The notes beneath the pieces were generated by a model that saw only the letters and a list, made by a program, of their open reading frames with translations, did no database searches and was not told where the DNA came from. Shown here piece by piece: positions 9,572-19,668 of a DNA stretch of 64,000 nucleotides; positions within the stretch are counted from its first letter, which is position 1, and each line of letters opens with the position of its first letter. The stretch comes from a candidate division WOR-3 bacterium. GTDB lineage: Bacteria; Hydrothermota; Tepidihabitantia; Tepidihabitantales; Tepidihabitantaceae. The stretch covers positions 1-64,000 of the forward strand of contig CBFGJV010000002.1 in the NCBI GenBank assembly GCA_965649205.1, read 5' to 3'. The position numbers and the translations under genes were made by a program.

Positions 9572-11065
9572 ATGATGAAGGAAAAGCTGTTTAGAGCCTT
9601 ATCCGTTCTTGGTCCGGCGCGCTCCGCTCTGGCCGAGCTGGGGCGTGATCGACGGGTGTTTCTGGTAGGCGGAGCGATACGGGATGTGGCCATAGACCGC
9701 ACGCCGAAGGATTTTGATTTTGCTGTGTCGGGTTCAGGGGTGGAGTTCGCTCGTAAGATCGCCCGCAGGCTGAAGGCCAGACTGGTCGTGCTTTCGGCAG
9801 AGGACGACGAGGCACGGGTGGTCTGGCAGGGTTTGACGCTGGATGTAAATGGATTTGGGGAGGGAACCATAGAGGAAGACTTGGCCAGGCGCGACTTTAC
9901 CCTGAATGCCCTTGCCTGCGAACTCTTAGGAGACAAGCTGTCCGACGCAATTCTGGACCCAGCCGGCGGGCTGAAGGACATAAATGAACGTCGTATTCGG
10001 CCGGTCTCCCCGCGTTCTCTGGCGCTGGATCCTTTGCGTTTACTGCGGGCGTACCGGCTGGGGCTGGAACTGGATATGAAAGTAGAGCCGGAGGTGGAGG
10101 CGCAGGCGCAGCAGGTGAGTTTTGGTGGCATAGCGCCAGAACGGCTGGGGGCTGAGATGTTGCGGATTATGGAGGCGCCCGGTTCTTTCTGGGCCATGCG
10201 GCGACTATTGGAGTTGGGAAAGCTGAAGGAGATACTGCCGGAGTTCGGGCCGGTGCTCGCAGATGAGAAGCTGCGCGAGCATTCCTTCGCTACGTATTTC
10301 AAGCTGGAAGAACTGATAAGAGATGGTTCTTTCTTTTCCCGCTATGAGCCGGAGTGGCATGCCTATTTTGAGCGCTGGGGTGTTGCCAAGGGCGCAGGGC
10401 AGGGAACGGAGAGTGGTTTAGGGGCGGCAGAGGAGGTCAAGGGACTGCCTTTTCGTCGGGCAATGCTCAAGCTGTGTGGGCTTCTGCATGATATAGCCAA
10501 GCCTGAGACCAGGTTTGTGAATGCAGAGGGAGAGGTGCATTTCTACGGGCATGATACCCTGGGGAGCAGGGTGGCGGCCAGGATGGTCAGGGACAGACTG
10601 CGCCTTTCCCGAGTGGCGGTGAGAATGGTGGAAACACAGGTGCGTGAGCATATGCGGTTGCATCTGCTGGCTACCAATCCGGAGCTGACCGAGCGGGCAA
10701 TCAGAAGATTTTTTCGAGACCTGGGAGAGGAAGCCTTTGGGTTGATGATGCTTTGTTATGCAGACGGGTGGGCGACGGCAGGGCAGACCAGTCATCTGGA
10801 AGATACTATTGACCGGATGATAAAGCAGAAAAGAGCCGAGGATGCCAATCTGCGGGTGCAGCGTTATGTTACGGGTCACGATTTGATTGCGCTGGGGTTG
10901 ACTCCGGGCCCGGCGTTCAAGGTCATCCTGCAGGAGCTGGAGGACCTGCAATTGGAAGGCAAAATAAATTCGCACGAGGAAGGAATAGAGTATTTAAAAC
11001 TCAATCTGCCCGGCTTGGCAGCAAAAGATAAAGAGCCCACAAATAGGGAAGGAAAGAATGGATAG
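9572..11065 (+). CDS. CCA-adding tRNA nucleotidyltransferase / poly(A) polymerase family protein with HD domain
   Basis: LVGGAIRD, DFDFAV, DLARRDFTLNA, DPLRLLRAYR and LLHDIAKP motifs. Confidence 0.9.
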   Translation: MMKEKLFRALSVLGPARSALAELGRDRRVFLVGGAIRDVAIDRTPKDFDFAVSGSGVEFARKIARRLKARLVVLSAEDDEARVVWQGLTLDVNGFGEGTIEEDLARRDFTLNALACELLGDKLSDAILDPAGGLKDINERRIRPVSPRSLALDPLRLLRAYRLGLELDMKVEPEVEAQAQQVSFGGIAPERLGAEMLRIMEAPGSFWAMRRLLELGKLKEILPEFGPVLADEKLREHSFATYFKLEELIRDGSFFSRYEPEWHAYFERWGVAKGAGQGTESGLGAAEEVKGLPFRRAMLKLCGLLHDIAKPETRFVNAEGEVHFYGHDTLGSRVAARMVRDRLRLSRVAVRMVETQVREHMRLHLLATNPELTERAIRRFFRDLGEEAFGLMMLCYADGWATAGQTSHLEDTIDRMIKQKRAEDANLRVQRYVTGHDLIALGLTPGPAFKVILQELEDLQLEGKINSHEEGIEYLKLNLPGLAAKDKEPTNREGKNG

Positions 11066-12011
11066 GCAGGGGACTGTTTTTCGGTATGTGTACGGGCCGG
11101 TGCCTTCCCGGCGTCTAGGTTTGTCGTTGGGGATTTCGGTGGTGCCGGCCAAGACCTGTACGTTGGACTGCGTGTATTGTCAGTGTGGACGTACGACCCG
11201 GAAAAGTGTGGTGCGGGAGTCTTTTTTTCCGGTGGAGGATATATTGGCAGAGGTGAGAGCGGTTGCCGGGCAGGCGCGGGTTGACTATCTCACCTTTTCC
11301 GGAGAAGGAGAACCTACCTTGAACCGGGATTTGGGGCGGATGGTGCGCAGGTTGAAGAAGGAGTTTCCCATACCGGTGGCGGTGATTACAAATGGCACTC
11401 TTCTTACCGATCCGGCGGTGAGGCGCAGTTTGTATGCGGCAGATTTGGTAGTGCCTTCTCTGGATGCGGCAGAGCAACGTACTTTTGCCCGCATTGACCG
11501 GGGACACAGGAGTCTAAAGATAGACGAGATTATTGCTGGTCTGGTAACATTCCGCCGTTACTATAAGGGGCAGATGTGGCTGGAAATAATGTTGGTGAAG
11601 AATGTCAATGATGCGGTTGAACATTTGATAAAGTTGCGACAGGTGGTGCACCGCATAAAGCCGCATAAGGTACATCTGAATACCGTAGTGCGACCACCCG
11701 CAGAGAAGACTGCTCGGCCTTTGTCTTTGGAGGAGCTGGAGCAGATAAGGATGCTTTTCGGGCCAGATGCAGAAGTGGTAGCTGCCGCCCCGGTAAGCGG
11801 CAAAAGAGGGAGCAACCAGAACGAAAGCAGAAGTAGGGAAAGCGATAGAGTACTGGCTATGGTGCGGGGTCGGCCTTCGACCCCCACAGACATCAGTTGT
11901 TCTCTGGGCATTCCTGTGCGGAGGGTATCAGCCATACTCGTTTCTCTGTTGCGTCGCGGGCTTGTACGGCAGGTGCGCTTCTGTGGAAAGACATTTTTTG
12001 AGGCGGTATAG
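11058..12011 (+). CDS. Radical SAM protein (TYW1-like uncharacterised subfamily) with C-terminal HTH
   Basis: YGPVPSRRLGLSLG, CTLDCVYC (CxxxCxxC), TFSGEGEPTL motifs. Confidence 0.88.
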   Translation: MDRQGTVFRYVYGPVPSRRLGLSLGISVVPAKTCTLDCVYCQCGRTTRKSVVRESFFPVEDILAEVRAVAGQARVDYLTFSGEGEPTLNRDLGRMVRRLKKEFPIPVAVITNGTLLTDPAVRRSLYAADLVVPSLDAAEQRTFARIDRGHRSLKIDEIIAGLVTFRRYYKGQMWLEIMLVKNVNDAVEHLIKLRQVVHRIKPHKVHLNTVVRPPAEKTARPLSLEELEQIRMLFGPDAEVVAAAPVSGKRGSNQNESRSRESDRVLAMVRGRPSTPTDISCSLGIPVRRVSAILVSLLRRGLVRQVRFCGKTFFEAV

Positions 12012-12018
12012 GCGAGGG

Positions 12019-14532
12019 TTGCTGCGGTCAGCCGTAACATTTGTGAGTATATACCTGTTATTAGGGGGATTTTTGTCGTTAGTGTCTGCTGCTCCGGATA
12101 CGAGTTATTTTCACACCTACGAAAGGATGATGCGGGAAATAGAGACGCTGGCTTTGCGTTTCCCTGATTTGTGCCGCGTAGAGACCCTGTCTGTCACCGA
12201 AACAGGTAGAAGAGCGGTGGTGGCAGTGAAGGTTTCTGATAATCCGGAAGTGGAGGAGACAGAGCCGGCAGTGATGTTCAATGGTGCGCATCACGGTTGT
12301 GAAATCATGGGGGTTGAGATATGTATGGCCCTTCTAGATTGGTTGGTGACCGGATATGTCCAACCGGAAATAAAGCGTTTGGTAGATTCGCTGGAGATAT
12401 TTGTCGTGCCTATGGTTAATCCCGACGGACATGCGGTTAACTTCACAACTGCAGAAACGACTTGGCGCAAGAATACCCGAGACAACAACCGGAATGGACG
12501 TTTTGATTCCGGTGACGGCGTGGATTTGAATCGAAATTATCCTTTTCTCTGGGAAATGGGCGGTTCAGACCGGCTGGCCAGCCGGGAATACCGGGGGCCT
12601 TTTCCTTTGAGCGAGCCGGAGACGCAGGGACTGGCAAGGTTTACTCATAGGGAGAAGTTTGTAGCCAATATCTGTTATCACTCCAGTCAACAGCCTAGCG
12701 ACTGGGAAAAGATATATTATCCCTGGCTGTGGAGCGGGACATTTTCGCCGGATTATTATTTTTTCCGGGCCGTGGCTGAATCTCTGGCTGCCAGTATCAG
12801 TCGGGATGACGGGACTGGTACTTATACTGCAGTTCCGGGCTTTGCTACTTCGGGAGGTCTTTACCGCAACTGGTCGTATTATACGACAGGAAATCTTTCT
12901 CTGACGGTGGAGGTAGGCCGGGGATACTACCCGGATACTTCTCTGGTGGATTCGCTTGTCCGGCGCAATTTGCGGGGTGCCAAGTGTCTTCTGGAGCGGG
13001 CGTTGGGACCGGGTATCTGGGGCAGGGTTTATGACTCGCTTACCGGGGAACAGTTGTCGGCGACCGTTGTTTTGCCTGCTATAGACCCTGCCAGTCTGCG
13101 GCCGGTTCTTCCTCGGCGCAGCGACCATCTGACAGGCCGTTTTTACCGGCTGGTGCCGCCGGGCACGTATCAGTTACGGGTCTATTGTCCCGGGTATGTT
13201 CCGGCGGTTGCAGAGGTGGTGGTAATCTCCAGTCCCCGGGAGGTAGATATAGGGCTCGTCCGACAGGACTCGGGCTGGCAGGAAGTTGCGCAGATACCCC
13301 AAGGAATGTTGGAAGAAGGAGTCCGGGCTGGAGGCTGGCTGGCGGCGGATTCCGCAGGGCTGGTGTATGCGGCAAGAGGGGGTAAAACCCTGGACTTTTA
13401 TCGCTACGACCCGGCCGGAGATGTGTGGCTGGAGTTGGCCCAGCTGCCCGGGAAAGAGCAGGGAAGTCAAAAGGCGCCCGGGCGGGGTGCTAAGGGTGTG
13501 AGTGACGGCGGCCGGTATGTGTATGTGACGCGAGGCAACAATAGTTCTGAGTTCTGGCGCTTTGACGGGTGGGCAAACAGGTGGGACAGTCTGGCTTCTG
13601 TGCCAGCTGGTAAAGAGGGAAAACTGATCAGGGGTGGTACAGATTTGGTTTTCGTACAGGGGCAGGATACCAGTTGGGTGTATCTTTTGAAGGGCGGTAC
13701 CAGCGAATTCTGGCGTTACAATGTTCCGGCAAACCGGTGGGATGAGTTGCCATCTGCGCCCTATGGCAGAGCACCCAGATATGGCGAAGGAAGTTTTCTG
13801 GTATATGACGGCCACGGGTATATCTACGCGCATCAGGCCAAATATGATAGCGGAATGAATCACTATATGTTTCGCTATGATATACGAGCCGGTCTTTGGG
13901 ATTCGCAACCACTTCCGGGTATGCCGCTGGCCGGCCGATACGGCGGTACAGTGCGACATAAGCGAAGCAGAGTAGGTGGCTGTGGCATCTGGAAGAAAGG
14001 GGCGATATATGCGCTCAAGGGCGGGGGCACAGGCCAGTTCTACCGCTATGTACCGACTCTTCGGGGCTGGGAGGAACTTGATGCCCTACCGGTGGGCAGT
14101 GCTGGCGGTGGGATGAGGCAGGTGGGAGCGGGAGCAGATATGGTTCTATTGGCAGACGGGACGTTGTTGGCCTGGAAGGGAAACAAGACGTATGAATTGT
14201 GGAGGTATGTAGAAAGCGGTAAGGGAGGAAGATTTGAGGTGAGCATGAACAGGGGCGGGAAAAGGGGGCAGAAAGTAAAGATAGATGCTTTTCCCACCCC
14301 GCTCCGAAACGGCTTTGCCACTTTGCGTTTTACTTCGGCGCCGAGATTGGCACAGCTACGGTTGTTTGATGCCGGGGGAAGATGTGTGTTGCGTCAGGAG
14401 TGTAAAGAGGAAGAGGGCGAGGTGGTGTTTGATCTGCGCCGGCTGGCGGGGGGAGTGTATTTGCTGCGACTGGATACGGCCGGGGTCGTGGCAACCAGGA
14501 AATTGGTGTTGATAAAGGAGAAAAAACCTTGA
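12019..14532 (+). CDS. Secreted M14 zinc carboxypeptidase with Kelch-like propeller and T9SS-type C-terminal domain
   Basis: HHGCE (HxxE), WRKN, GVDLNRNY, SEPET, YHS and TVEVG; repeated GG...FWRY blades; C-terminal GVYLLRL...TRKLV. Start codon uncertain (TTG 12019 or GTG 12043). Confidence 0.85.
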   Translation: MLRSAVTFVSIYLLLGGFLSLVSAAPDTSYFHTYERMMREIETLALRFPDLCRVETLSVTETGRRAVVAVKVSDNPEVEETEPAVMFNGAHHGCEIMGVEICMALLDWLVTGYVQPEIKRLVDSLEIFVVPMVNPDGHAVNFTTAETTWRKNTRDNNRNGRFDSGDGVDLNRNYPFLWEMGGSDRLASREYRGPFPLSEPETQGLARFTHREKFVANICYHSSQQPSDWEKIYYPWLWSGTFSPDYYFFRAVAESLAASISRDDGTGTYTAVPGFATSGGLYRNWSYYTTGNLSLTVEVGRGYYPDTSLVDSLVRRNLRGAKCLLERALGPGIWGRVYDSLTGEQLSATVVLPAIDPASLRPVLPRRSDHLTGRFYRLVPPGTYQLRVYCPGYVPAVAEVVVISSPREVDIGLVRQDSGWQEVAQIPQGMLEEGVRAGGWLAADSAGLVYAARGGKTLDFYRYDPAGDVWLELAQLPGKEQGSQKAPGRGAKGVSDGGRYVYVTRGNNSSEFWRFDGWANRWDSLASVPAGKEGKLIRGGTDLVFVQGQDTSWVYLLKGGTSEFWRYNVPANRWDELPSAPYGRAPRYGEGSFLVYDGHGYIYAHQAKYDSGMNHYMFRYDIRAGLWDSQPLPGMPLAGRYGGTVRHKRSRVGGCGIWKKGAIYALKGGGTGQFYRYVPTLRGWEELDALPVGSAGGGMRQVGAGADMVLLADGTLLAWKGNKTYELWRYVESGKGGRFEVSMNRGGKRGQKVKIDAFPTPLRNGFATLRFTSAPRLAQLRLFDAGGRCVLRQECKEEEGEVVFDLRRLAGGVYLLRLDTAGVVATRKLVLIKEKKP

Positions 14533-15092
14533 GCAGGAATTCGCGGGAAACGCTTTTGACAGCTTTTTACATTCTGGTGGGTCTGGCAGGTTCTATCGCT
14601 GCCGGCTACTGGGTGGTTGGTCGGGTGGTACTGGTAAACAGTAGGGTATTTTTGGCATATGCGCTGGCGGGTTTTTCGGGTGCCTTGGTTTATGCGGCAG
14701 CACGGTTGCGGGGACTGGGGTACTGTATTATGATGATAGTACTGATGTTCTTCGGACAAGTGGCGTTGAATCCACCGTTGCGTAGCGCGGCGGTAGTTAT
14801 TGCCGCACTGTGGGCTTTGCCGGTTGGTCTGGCGTTTACGGCTTCTGGTTTTGTTTTCCGAGCTCTGCGTCGGGTACCTCTGGGCAAGTTTCTATTGATG
14901 GCTCTTTTTGTGGGCATAGGTTATGCAATAGGAATGGTTGCTTATCTGTTCCGAACGGGTGCTGAGATTCAGACCACAGTGGTTTTGAAACAGCTGGTGA
15001 GCGGTCTGAAAGTAGGGGGGCTGGTGGGAATAGGTATTGAGTTGGTGGAGCTTTTGGGCATAAGGGTGGAAGGAACGCAGGAAATATACTGA
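14529..15092 (+). CDS. Hypothetical multi-pass membrane protein
   Basis: About 6 hydrophobic segments; start overlaps the upstream stop codon. Confidence 0.65.
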   Translation: MSRNSRETLLTAFYILVGLAGSIAAGYWVVGRVVLVNSRVFLAYALAGFSGALVYAAARLRGLGYCIMMIVLMFFGQVALNPPLRSAAVVIAALWALPVGLAFTASGFVFRALRRVPLGKFLLMALFVGIGYAIGMVAYLFRTGAEIQTTVVLKQLVSGLKVGGLVGIGIELVELLGIRVEGTQEIY

Positions 15093-15128
15093 TACGAGCA
15101 AAAGAAAATCAGACGGAAAACGCCGGAA

Positions 15129-15772
15129 TCAGTTGTACTTGACGCCGACCCGGTCGCACCAGCGTTTCACGGGACATTCCGGACAGCGCGGATTCCGGGG
15201 GCGGCAGATGGTCTGACCTAAGCTGACCAAAAGGTAGTTCCATTCAGACCAGTATCGTTTCGGGAGTACATTCTTCAGGGCTTGTTCTGTTTGTATAGGA
15301 TTGCGGGTGGAGACCAGACCCAAACGGTTGGATATGCGGTGTACATGGGTGTCTACGGCGAGAGCGGGTACTCCCATCGCTCGACTGAGTACGATATTGG
15401 CCACTTTTCTTCCCACGCCGGAAGCAGCAGCAGTTCGGGCATAGTGTCCGGCACCCGACCAAGTTGCGTTATCTCGCTGGCAAGTCTTTTTAGTATACGC
15501 GCTTTGGTGCGGTAGAAACCTACGGGGTAAATAAGACGGGCAATGGTTCGGGAAGGCAGGCGGGCCAGTCGGGCGGGCGCGCTTTTTTCGCTACCCAGAT
15601 AGGCAAACAGCCGTTTGACCGACGCCGCAGTTACAGTGTCCTGGGTGCGAGTGGAGAGAACGGCAGAAACAAGAATGCAGAAGGGGTATTTGTCTGGCAT
15701 CTTTTTTACATCCGAGTGTGCCTTAATGTAAGCCGTTCGCAGACGGGCAACAAGCCTGCCAATCGGTTTCAT
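15129..15772 (-). pseudogene. nth: Endonuclease III, split by a 1-bp frameshift near 15420
   Basis: 5' ORF has LVSAVLSTRTQD and YPVGFYRTKA; 3' ORF has GRKVANIVL, VDTHVHRISNRLG and CRPRNPRCPECPVKRWC (4Fe-4S). The HhH motif LPGVGRK lacks one base (CTT CC- GGC GTG). Confidence 0.85.
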
Positions 15773-15777
15773 GCAGG

Positions 15778-16191
15778 CTAGAGACCGAAGGCGGAAAGAA
15801 GGACCAGAAACCCCATGGTCATTATCATAACCACGGCTAAGACAAGTAGCCAGGGATGAAGTCGCATAGGGCCGGGAAGTTCTCCCGGTTTTGGAGGTTG
15901 GCTGAATGTGACCAGACTTGCTGCAAGGGCGAGAATGACGGTAGTAATTGCCAGAGGTACATGGAAGGTGAGTTTGATGTCGCGGGATATGGCGCGCAGT
16001 ATCAGACGTACGACGAAACCGAGTACCATGTTGGCCACACTGAGAAGGAAGAATACGGTGCTGCGAGTGCGTTGACGTCGCAGAGGAAAATCCCAGTCCG
16101 TAAGGCGACGTAAACTTGTTTCGGCCGTTATGAAACCGTAGACCAGGGTGAAGATGGCCAGGATAGGATGGATAAAACCGTACCAGGGCAT
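15778..16191 (-). CDS. Hypothetical 4-TM membrane protein
   Basis: Four hydrophobic helices, three with His (IHP, FHVP, LHPW); same orientation as neighbours. Confidence 0.65.
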   Translation of the reverse strand: MPWYGFIHPILAIFTLVYGFITAETSLRRLTDWDFPLRRQRTRSTVFFLLSVANMVLGFVVRLILRAISRDIKLTFHVPLAITTVILALAASLVTFSQPPKPGELPGPMRLHPWLLVLAVVMIMTMGFLVLLSAFGL

Positions 16192-16269
16192 AACGGTCAA
16201 TAGACAGGGTTCGGGAAGTGGAGAGCCGGAAACAGGTTGTTGGACGACGTCATATACTCTGCCTAGCTA

Positions 16270-17079
16270 TTATTCCAGAAGGAAGCCTACCCGGCATTGA
16301 GCGAGTAGTTCTAGGTTTTTTCTGGTTCCATGTATACGGGCTGCGTCCTGGGGGCTGACAGTTGGGTCACAGCGGTTGGTGCCGGTGATGTCCAGCGTTT
16401 TTACAATCAGGGGGTTGGGACCGATACGTTCACTGGCCAGTGCCTCTGTTCGGCTGCGGTAGTATGCTACCATACCTTTTTCCGCCAGTTCTTTCTCGTT
16501 GGCGAAGCTGGGCCCGTATACTTCTTTTTCCCCTTCGGTGACAAGACGAGGGAACAGCGCGGGGCGGTACTTGAGACCACGCAGGTCAACCAGTATGCCA
16601 GTCCAGACAGGTTCATTACCTGTTTCATACGGTACAAGCTCCAGACTTTCTGGTTCAGGTTTATCCTGCGGCCAGGGTTGTCCGCAGCAGGGACAGGCCA
16701 GTTTACACAGCAGACGTTTCTCGCCGGGAGGCGGCAGTATGTGTTTGAGTATTACTCCGGAGAGGGGTATAAGGTATTCGACCAGCATCTGTCCGGAGGA
16801 ACTATATCTTGTTTCCCCTTTCTGATAGGGTAGAACGATTCGTTCCAGCTTTGAGCGGATACGGGGGTGAAGAGCGAGAAAATCCTGTACGGTGAGGTCG
16901 CGGTCATAGCTTTGATCCGCAAGCGCCAGCAGTAAACGGTGATTTAGGTTTTCAGTTCCCAAGGCTGTATAGCCTGGCTCAGAGAGAATTGTGGTGACAG
17001 TCAGTCTTTCGAAATCAAGGGTATCTGCCCGTGCTCCCCAAAGCGTGGCCCAGAGTAGAAGCAGAACGATACGTGTCAT
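16270..17079 (-). CDS. Secreted hypothetical protein (domain seen in LPP20-type lipoproteins) with CPCCG motif
   Basis: AGGAGG RBS before ATG 17079; signal peptide; WTGILVDLRG..PALFPRL...EVYG...GMVAY...CRVGF pattern. Confidence 0.7.
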   Translation of the reverse strand: MTRIVLLLLWATLWGARADTLDFERLTVTTILSEPGYTALGTENLNHRLLLALADQSYDRDLTVQDFLALHPRIRSKLERIVLPYQKGETRYSSSGQMLVEYLIPLSGVILKHILPPPGEKRLLCKLACPCCGQPWPQDKPEPESLELVPYETGNEPVWTGILVDLRGLKYRPALFPRLVTEGEKEVYGPSFANEKELAEKGMVAYYRSRTEALASERIGPNPLIVKTLDITGTNRCDPTVSPQDAARIHGTRKNLELLAQCRVGFLLE

Positions 17080-17146
17080 ACGGATAACCTCCTGAAGTCT
17101 GCTCTGCTGCACAGCAGGTTATGTGCCTTGCGAGCATAGAAGAATA

Positions 17147-17217
17147 AGCGGCCAACGGGAATCGAACCCGTGTAGCCGGCTTGGGAAGCCGGAGCTCTAC
17201 CCCTGAGCTATGGCCGC
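17147..17217 (-). tRNA. tRNA-Gly(CCC); 3' CCA not encoded
   Basis: Minus strand GCGGCCA-TA-GCTC AGGGGTA GAGC-T-CCGGC TT CCC AA GCCGG-CTAC-ACGGG TTCGATT CCCGT-TGGCCGC-T folds as a full cloverleaf. Confidence 0.95.
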
Positions 17218-17234
17218 CAATACTGACTGCTAGA

Positions 17235-17262
17235 ATGCTAGCTCTGAGACGGGCGTTGTCAA
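17235..17262 (-). promoter_or_regulatory. sigma70-type promoter for tRNA-Gly
   Basis: TTGACA-N16-TAGCAT on minus strand. Confidence 0.7.
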
Positions 17263-17344
17263 GGGAACAGGGGAAGAGTCGGTGGCCGGGGGAATAGTGT
17301 CCATTGACGCTGCGGGGTTACTGAACTAGCATAGATTTTGGCAG

Positions 17345-19666
17345 ATGCAAAAGTATTCTGTTCTGGGTTTGCAATTACTGGTGGGGGTAGTCGGTGCGCA
17401 CGGAATGTTTACTCAGCTGGTTCTGTTGCGGGAATTGCTGGCGGTATTCTCAGGTAACGAACTGACTACGGGTCTGTTGTTGGCGTTCTGGGTGGGATGT
17501 GAGGCCTTGGGTGCGAGATGTGCGGGCTGGATAGCGACAAGGCTACCGCGGCTGCAGCCGCGGGAAGACTTGGTTGTTTGGGGCGTCGTGTTGGCAGCAA
17601 TGACTTCGGCCGTTGGGGTGCTGGTCGTGGCTGGGAGCCGAGTCCTGTGCGCTGCGCTTCCAGGCGAAGGTACCAGTCTGGGTATGCTGGTGGTAGCTGC
17701 TGCTCTGGTTGTGTGCCTGCCGGCTATGGCGCACGGTGCTTTATTCGTACTGGGAGTGGCTTTGCTGGCAGGGAGGGGGTGCGAAAAAAAAATAGTGGGC
17801 AGCACGTATCTCTGGGAAGGATTGGGTACAGTTCTTGCAGCAGTTATAGGGGGTACATTTTTGTTGTCCAAGGTGGGCCCGTTGAGTCTGGTGGCGGGTG
17901 CTGGTGTTCTGTTATGGGTTGCCGCGCTGCAGACCGGAAAGAGGCTGTGGGTGACGCTCATACCCGGGGCCATCTTGGTACTTTTGGCGTTCGCAGGAAG
18001 GAAGGTTGAAGTTCGATTGTGGGAGCGAATCTGGCCCGGGCACCGTATTATCAGCATAACAGATTCGCCCTATGGCCGGGTGCTGAGTATGAGGCGAGAA
18101 GAACAAACTATGGTAGTGTACAACGGCACGTTGGCTTTTTCTTCTACTCCGGTTGTCCCGGAGCTGGACGAGCAGGTGGCGGTCGTGCCGCTTCTGTGTC
18201 ATTCCGCTCCTCGACGGGTATTGCTTTTCGGTTCCAATCTGGGGATGGTGGAGCCGGTACTCGGTCAGCCCGTGGAGGAGGTTACATTCGTGCAGATGGA
18301 CAGCTGGTTGCTGAAAGCACAACTCAGTGCGGCCGGGGCTGAATTGGCGACAGCTCTGGTTGATTCCAGGCTGACTATCAAAATAGATGACGAGCGGCGG
18401 TTCCTGCTCGGTGTCAACCGAGGGAATGCCCAATTATTGCGAACTAATGACAGGGAAACCGAGTCAGAGAGGATAACAGAGATATCTGCCGGAGCGAAGA
18501 AGTACGACTGTATCATTCTGGCTGATATATTGCCGTTGAGTCTGGTATCCAGCCGTCTGTTTACTTTGGAGTTTTTCCGTAAGTGTGGGGAGCGATTGGA
18601 CTCAGACGGCATTCTGGCGGTGGCTGGTGTTGGTTTTGGCAGTGCTACGGTAGAGACACGTGAGATGCTGGCTGTCCGCAAGGCGACCCTGCGAGCGGCA
18701 TTTCCAGAAGTAACACTACTTATACTTGATTTTCCTTTATGGATATGCAGCAAAAAAAGGCTGGACCTGGAGGCAGAAACTTTGGCAGAACGATTGAAAG
18801 AGAGGCGGAAAGCGGGCGGTAAGGGCAGATTGACCCCTGAATACCTTTTAGTACTTCTGGACAAATTTCGGCAAGAACAGTATCGGCGAGGACTTTCTCT
18901 ACCTGTTACGGCTGTTGTAAGCACTGACTTGCGTCCGACGGAGCTGTTTTTTGCCCTAGTGAGAGACAACAGAACAACCTCTGAACTTTTGGCACGGGTA
19001 TATCGTCGGGTAGGCAAAGTAGGTTCTCTGCGGGTGATTACATTTGTTGCCGCAGAGGTAGCTTTGTTCTTTTTTCTGGGAATGAGAAGGAGACCAGGTT
19101 TTGGTTTTCGGACTGGTGTTGCCACTTCAGGTTTTGCCGGTGCCGGCCTGACTGTGCTGACGCTTTTCGCTTATCAATTACGGTTTGGCTCGGTTTATCT
19201 GACGGCGAGTCTTTTGCTGGCCGGGTTTCTTGCTGGCACTGTAGCGGGGGGCTGGATGGGGACGAGGTTGGCGGGCAGAGATTCCGCACGAAGAACTCTG
19301 TTTCTGGTTGCGGACTCAGTAGTAATGGCAGGTAGTCCTCTGCCTGTTGTTTTACTGGTAACTGGGGCTGGAAGTGCTTGGTTCTTTTTTCTTCTGGTGG
19401 TTACAGGAGTGGCAGTGGGATTACAGTTTCCACTTGCGGGGGCAGAAACGACCGCAGGAAAAGCACCAACGGTGGCTGGTGAACTGTTGGCACTTGACTT
19501 GGGCGGAGGTATGCTGGGCTCTCTGCTTACATCCCTAGTTCTGGTACCGGTTATAGGAATGAACGGCGCGGTCTTTGTTGTTTCTGCTGTCAAGTGTGCC
19601 AGTCTGGCTGCCCAGACTGGGCGCCTGATGATTGACATAGGGCGGCGCAGCACTAGAATCGCCTGA
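17345..19666 (+). CDS. Fused membrane / spermidine-synthase-like (SAM-MTase fold) protein
   Basis: QLVLLRELL.VF.GNEL N-terminal TM block; DSPYG, RVLLFG, DERRFL, YDCII and LFTLEFF core; TDLRP; C-terminal TM block. Confidence 0.8.
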   Translation: MQKYSVLGLQLLVGVVGAHGMFTQLVLLRELLAVFSGNELTTGLLLAFWVGCEALGARCAGWIATRLPRLQPREDLVVWGVVLAAMTSAVGVLVVAGSRVLCAALPGEGTSLGMLVVAAALVVCLPAMAHGALFVLGVALLAGRGCEKKIVGSTYLWEGLGTVLAAVIGGTFLLSKVGPLSLVAGAGVLLWVAALQTGKRLWVTLIPGAILVLLAFAGRKVEVRLWERIWPGHRIISITDSPYGRVLSMRREEQTMVVYNGTLAFSSTPVVPELDEQVAVVPLLCHSAPRRVLLFGSNLGMVEPVLGQPVEEVTFVQMDSWLLKAQLSAAGAELATALVDSRLTIKIDDERRFLLGVNRGNAQLLRTNDRETESERITEISAGAKKYDCIILADILPLSLVSSRLFTLEFFRKCGERLDSDGILAVAGVGFGSATVETREMLAVRKATLRAAFPEVTLLILDFPLWICSKKRLDLEAETLAERLKERRKAGGKGRLTPEYLLVLLDKFRQEQYRRGLSLPVTAVVSTDLRPTELFFALVRDNRTTSELLARVYRRVGKVGSLRVITFVAAEVALFFFLGMRRRPGFGFRTGVATSGFAGAGLTVLTLFAYQLRFGSVYLTASLLLAGFLAGTVAGGWMGTRLAGRDSARRTLFLVADSVVMAGSPLPVVLLVTGAGSAWFFFLLVVTGVAVGLQFPLAGAETTAGKAPTVAGELLALDLGGGMLGSLLTSLVLVPVIGMNGAVFVVSAVKCASLAAQTGRLMIDIGRRSTRIA
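19632..19659 (+). promoter_or_regulatory. sigma70-type promoter for SLBB gene
   Basis: TTGACA-N16-TAGAAT, 9 nt before ATG 19669. Confidence 0.7.
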
Positions 19667-19668
19667 CT

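Noticed and set aside
17100..17345. tRNA-Gly as an integration site for an island
   Set aside because: No integrase, and I saw no duplicated tRNA 3' end in the window
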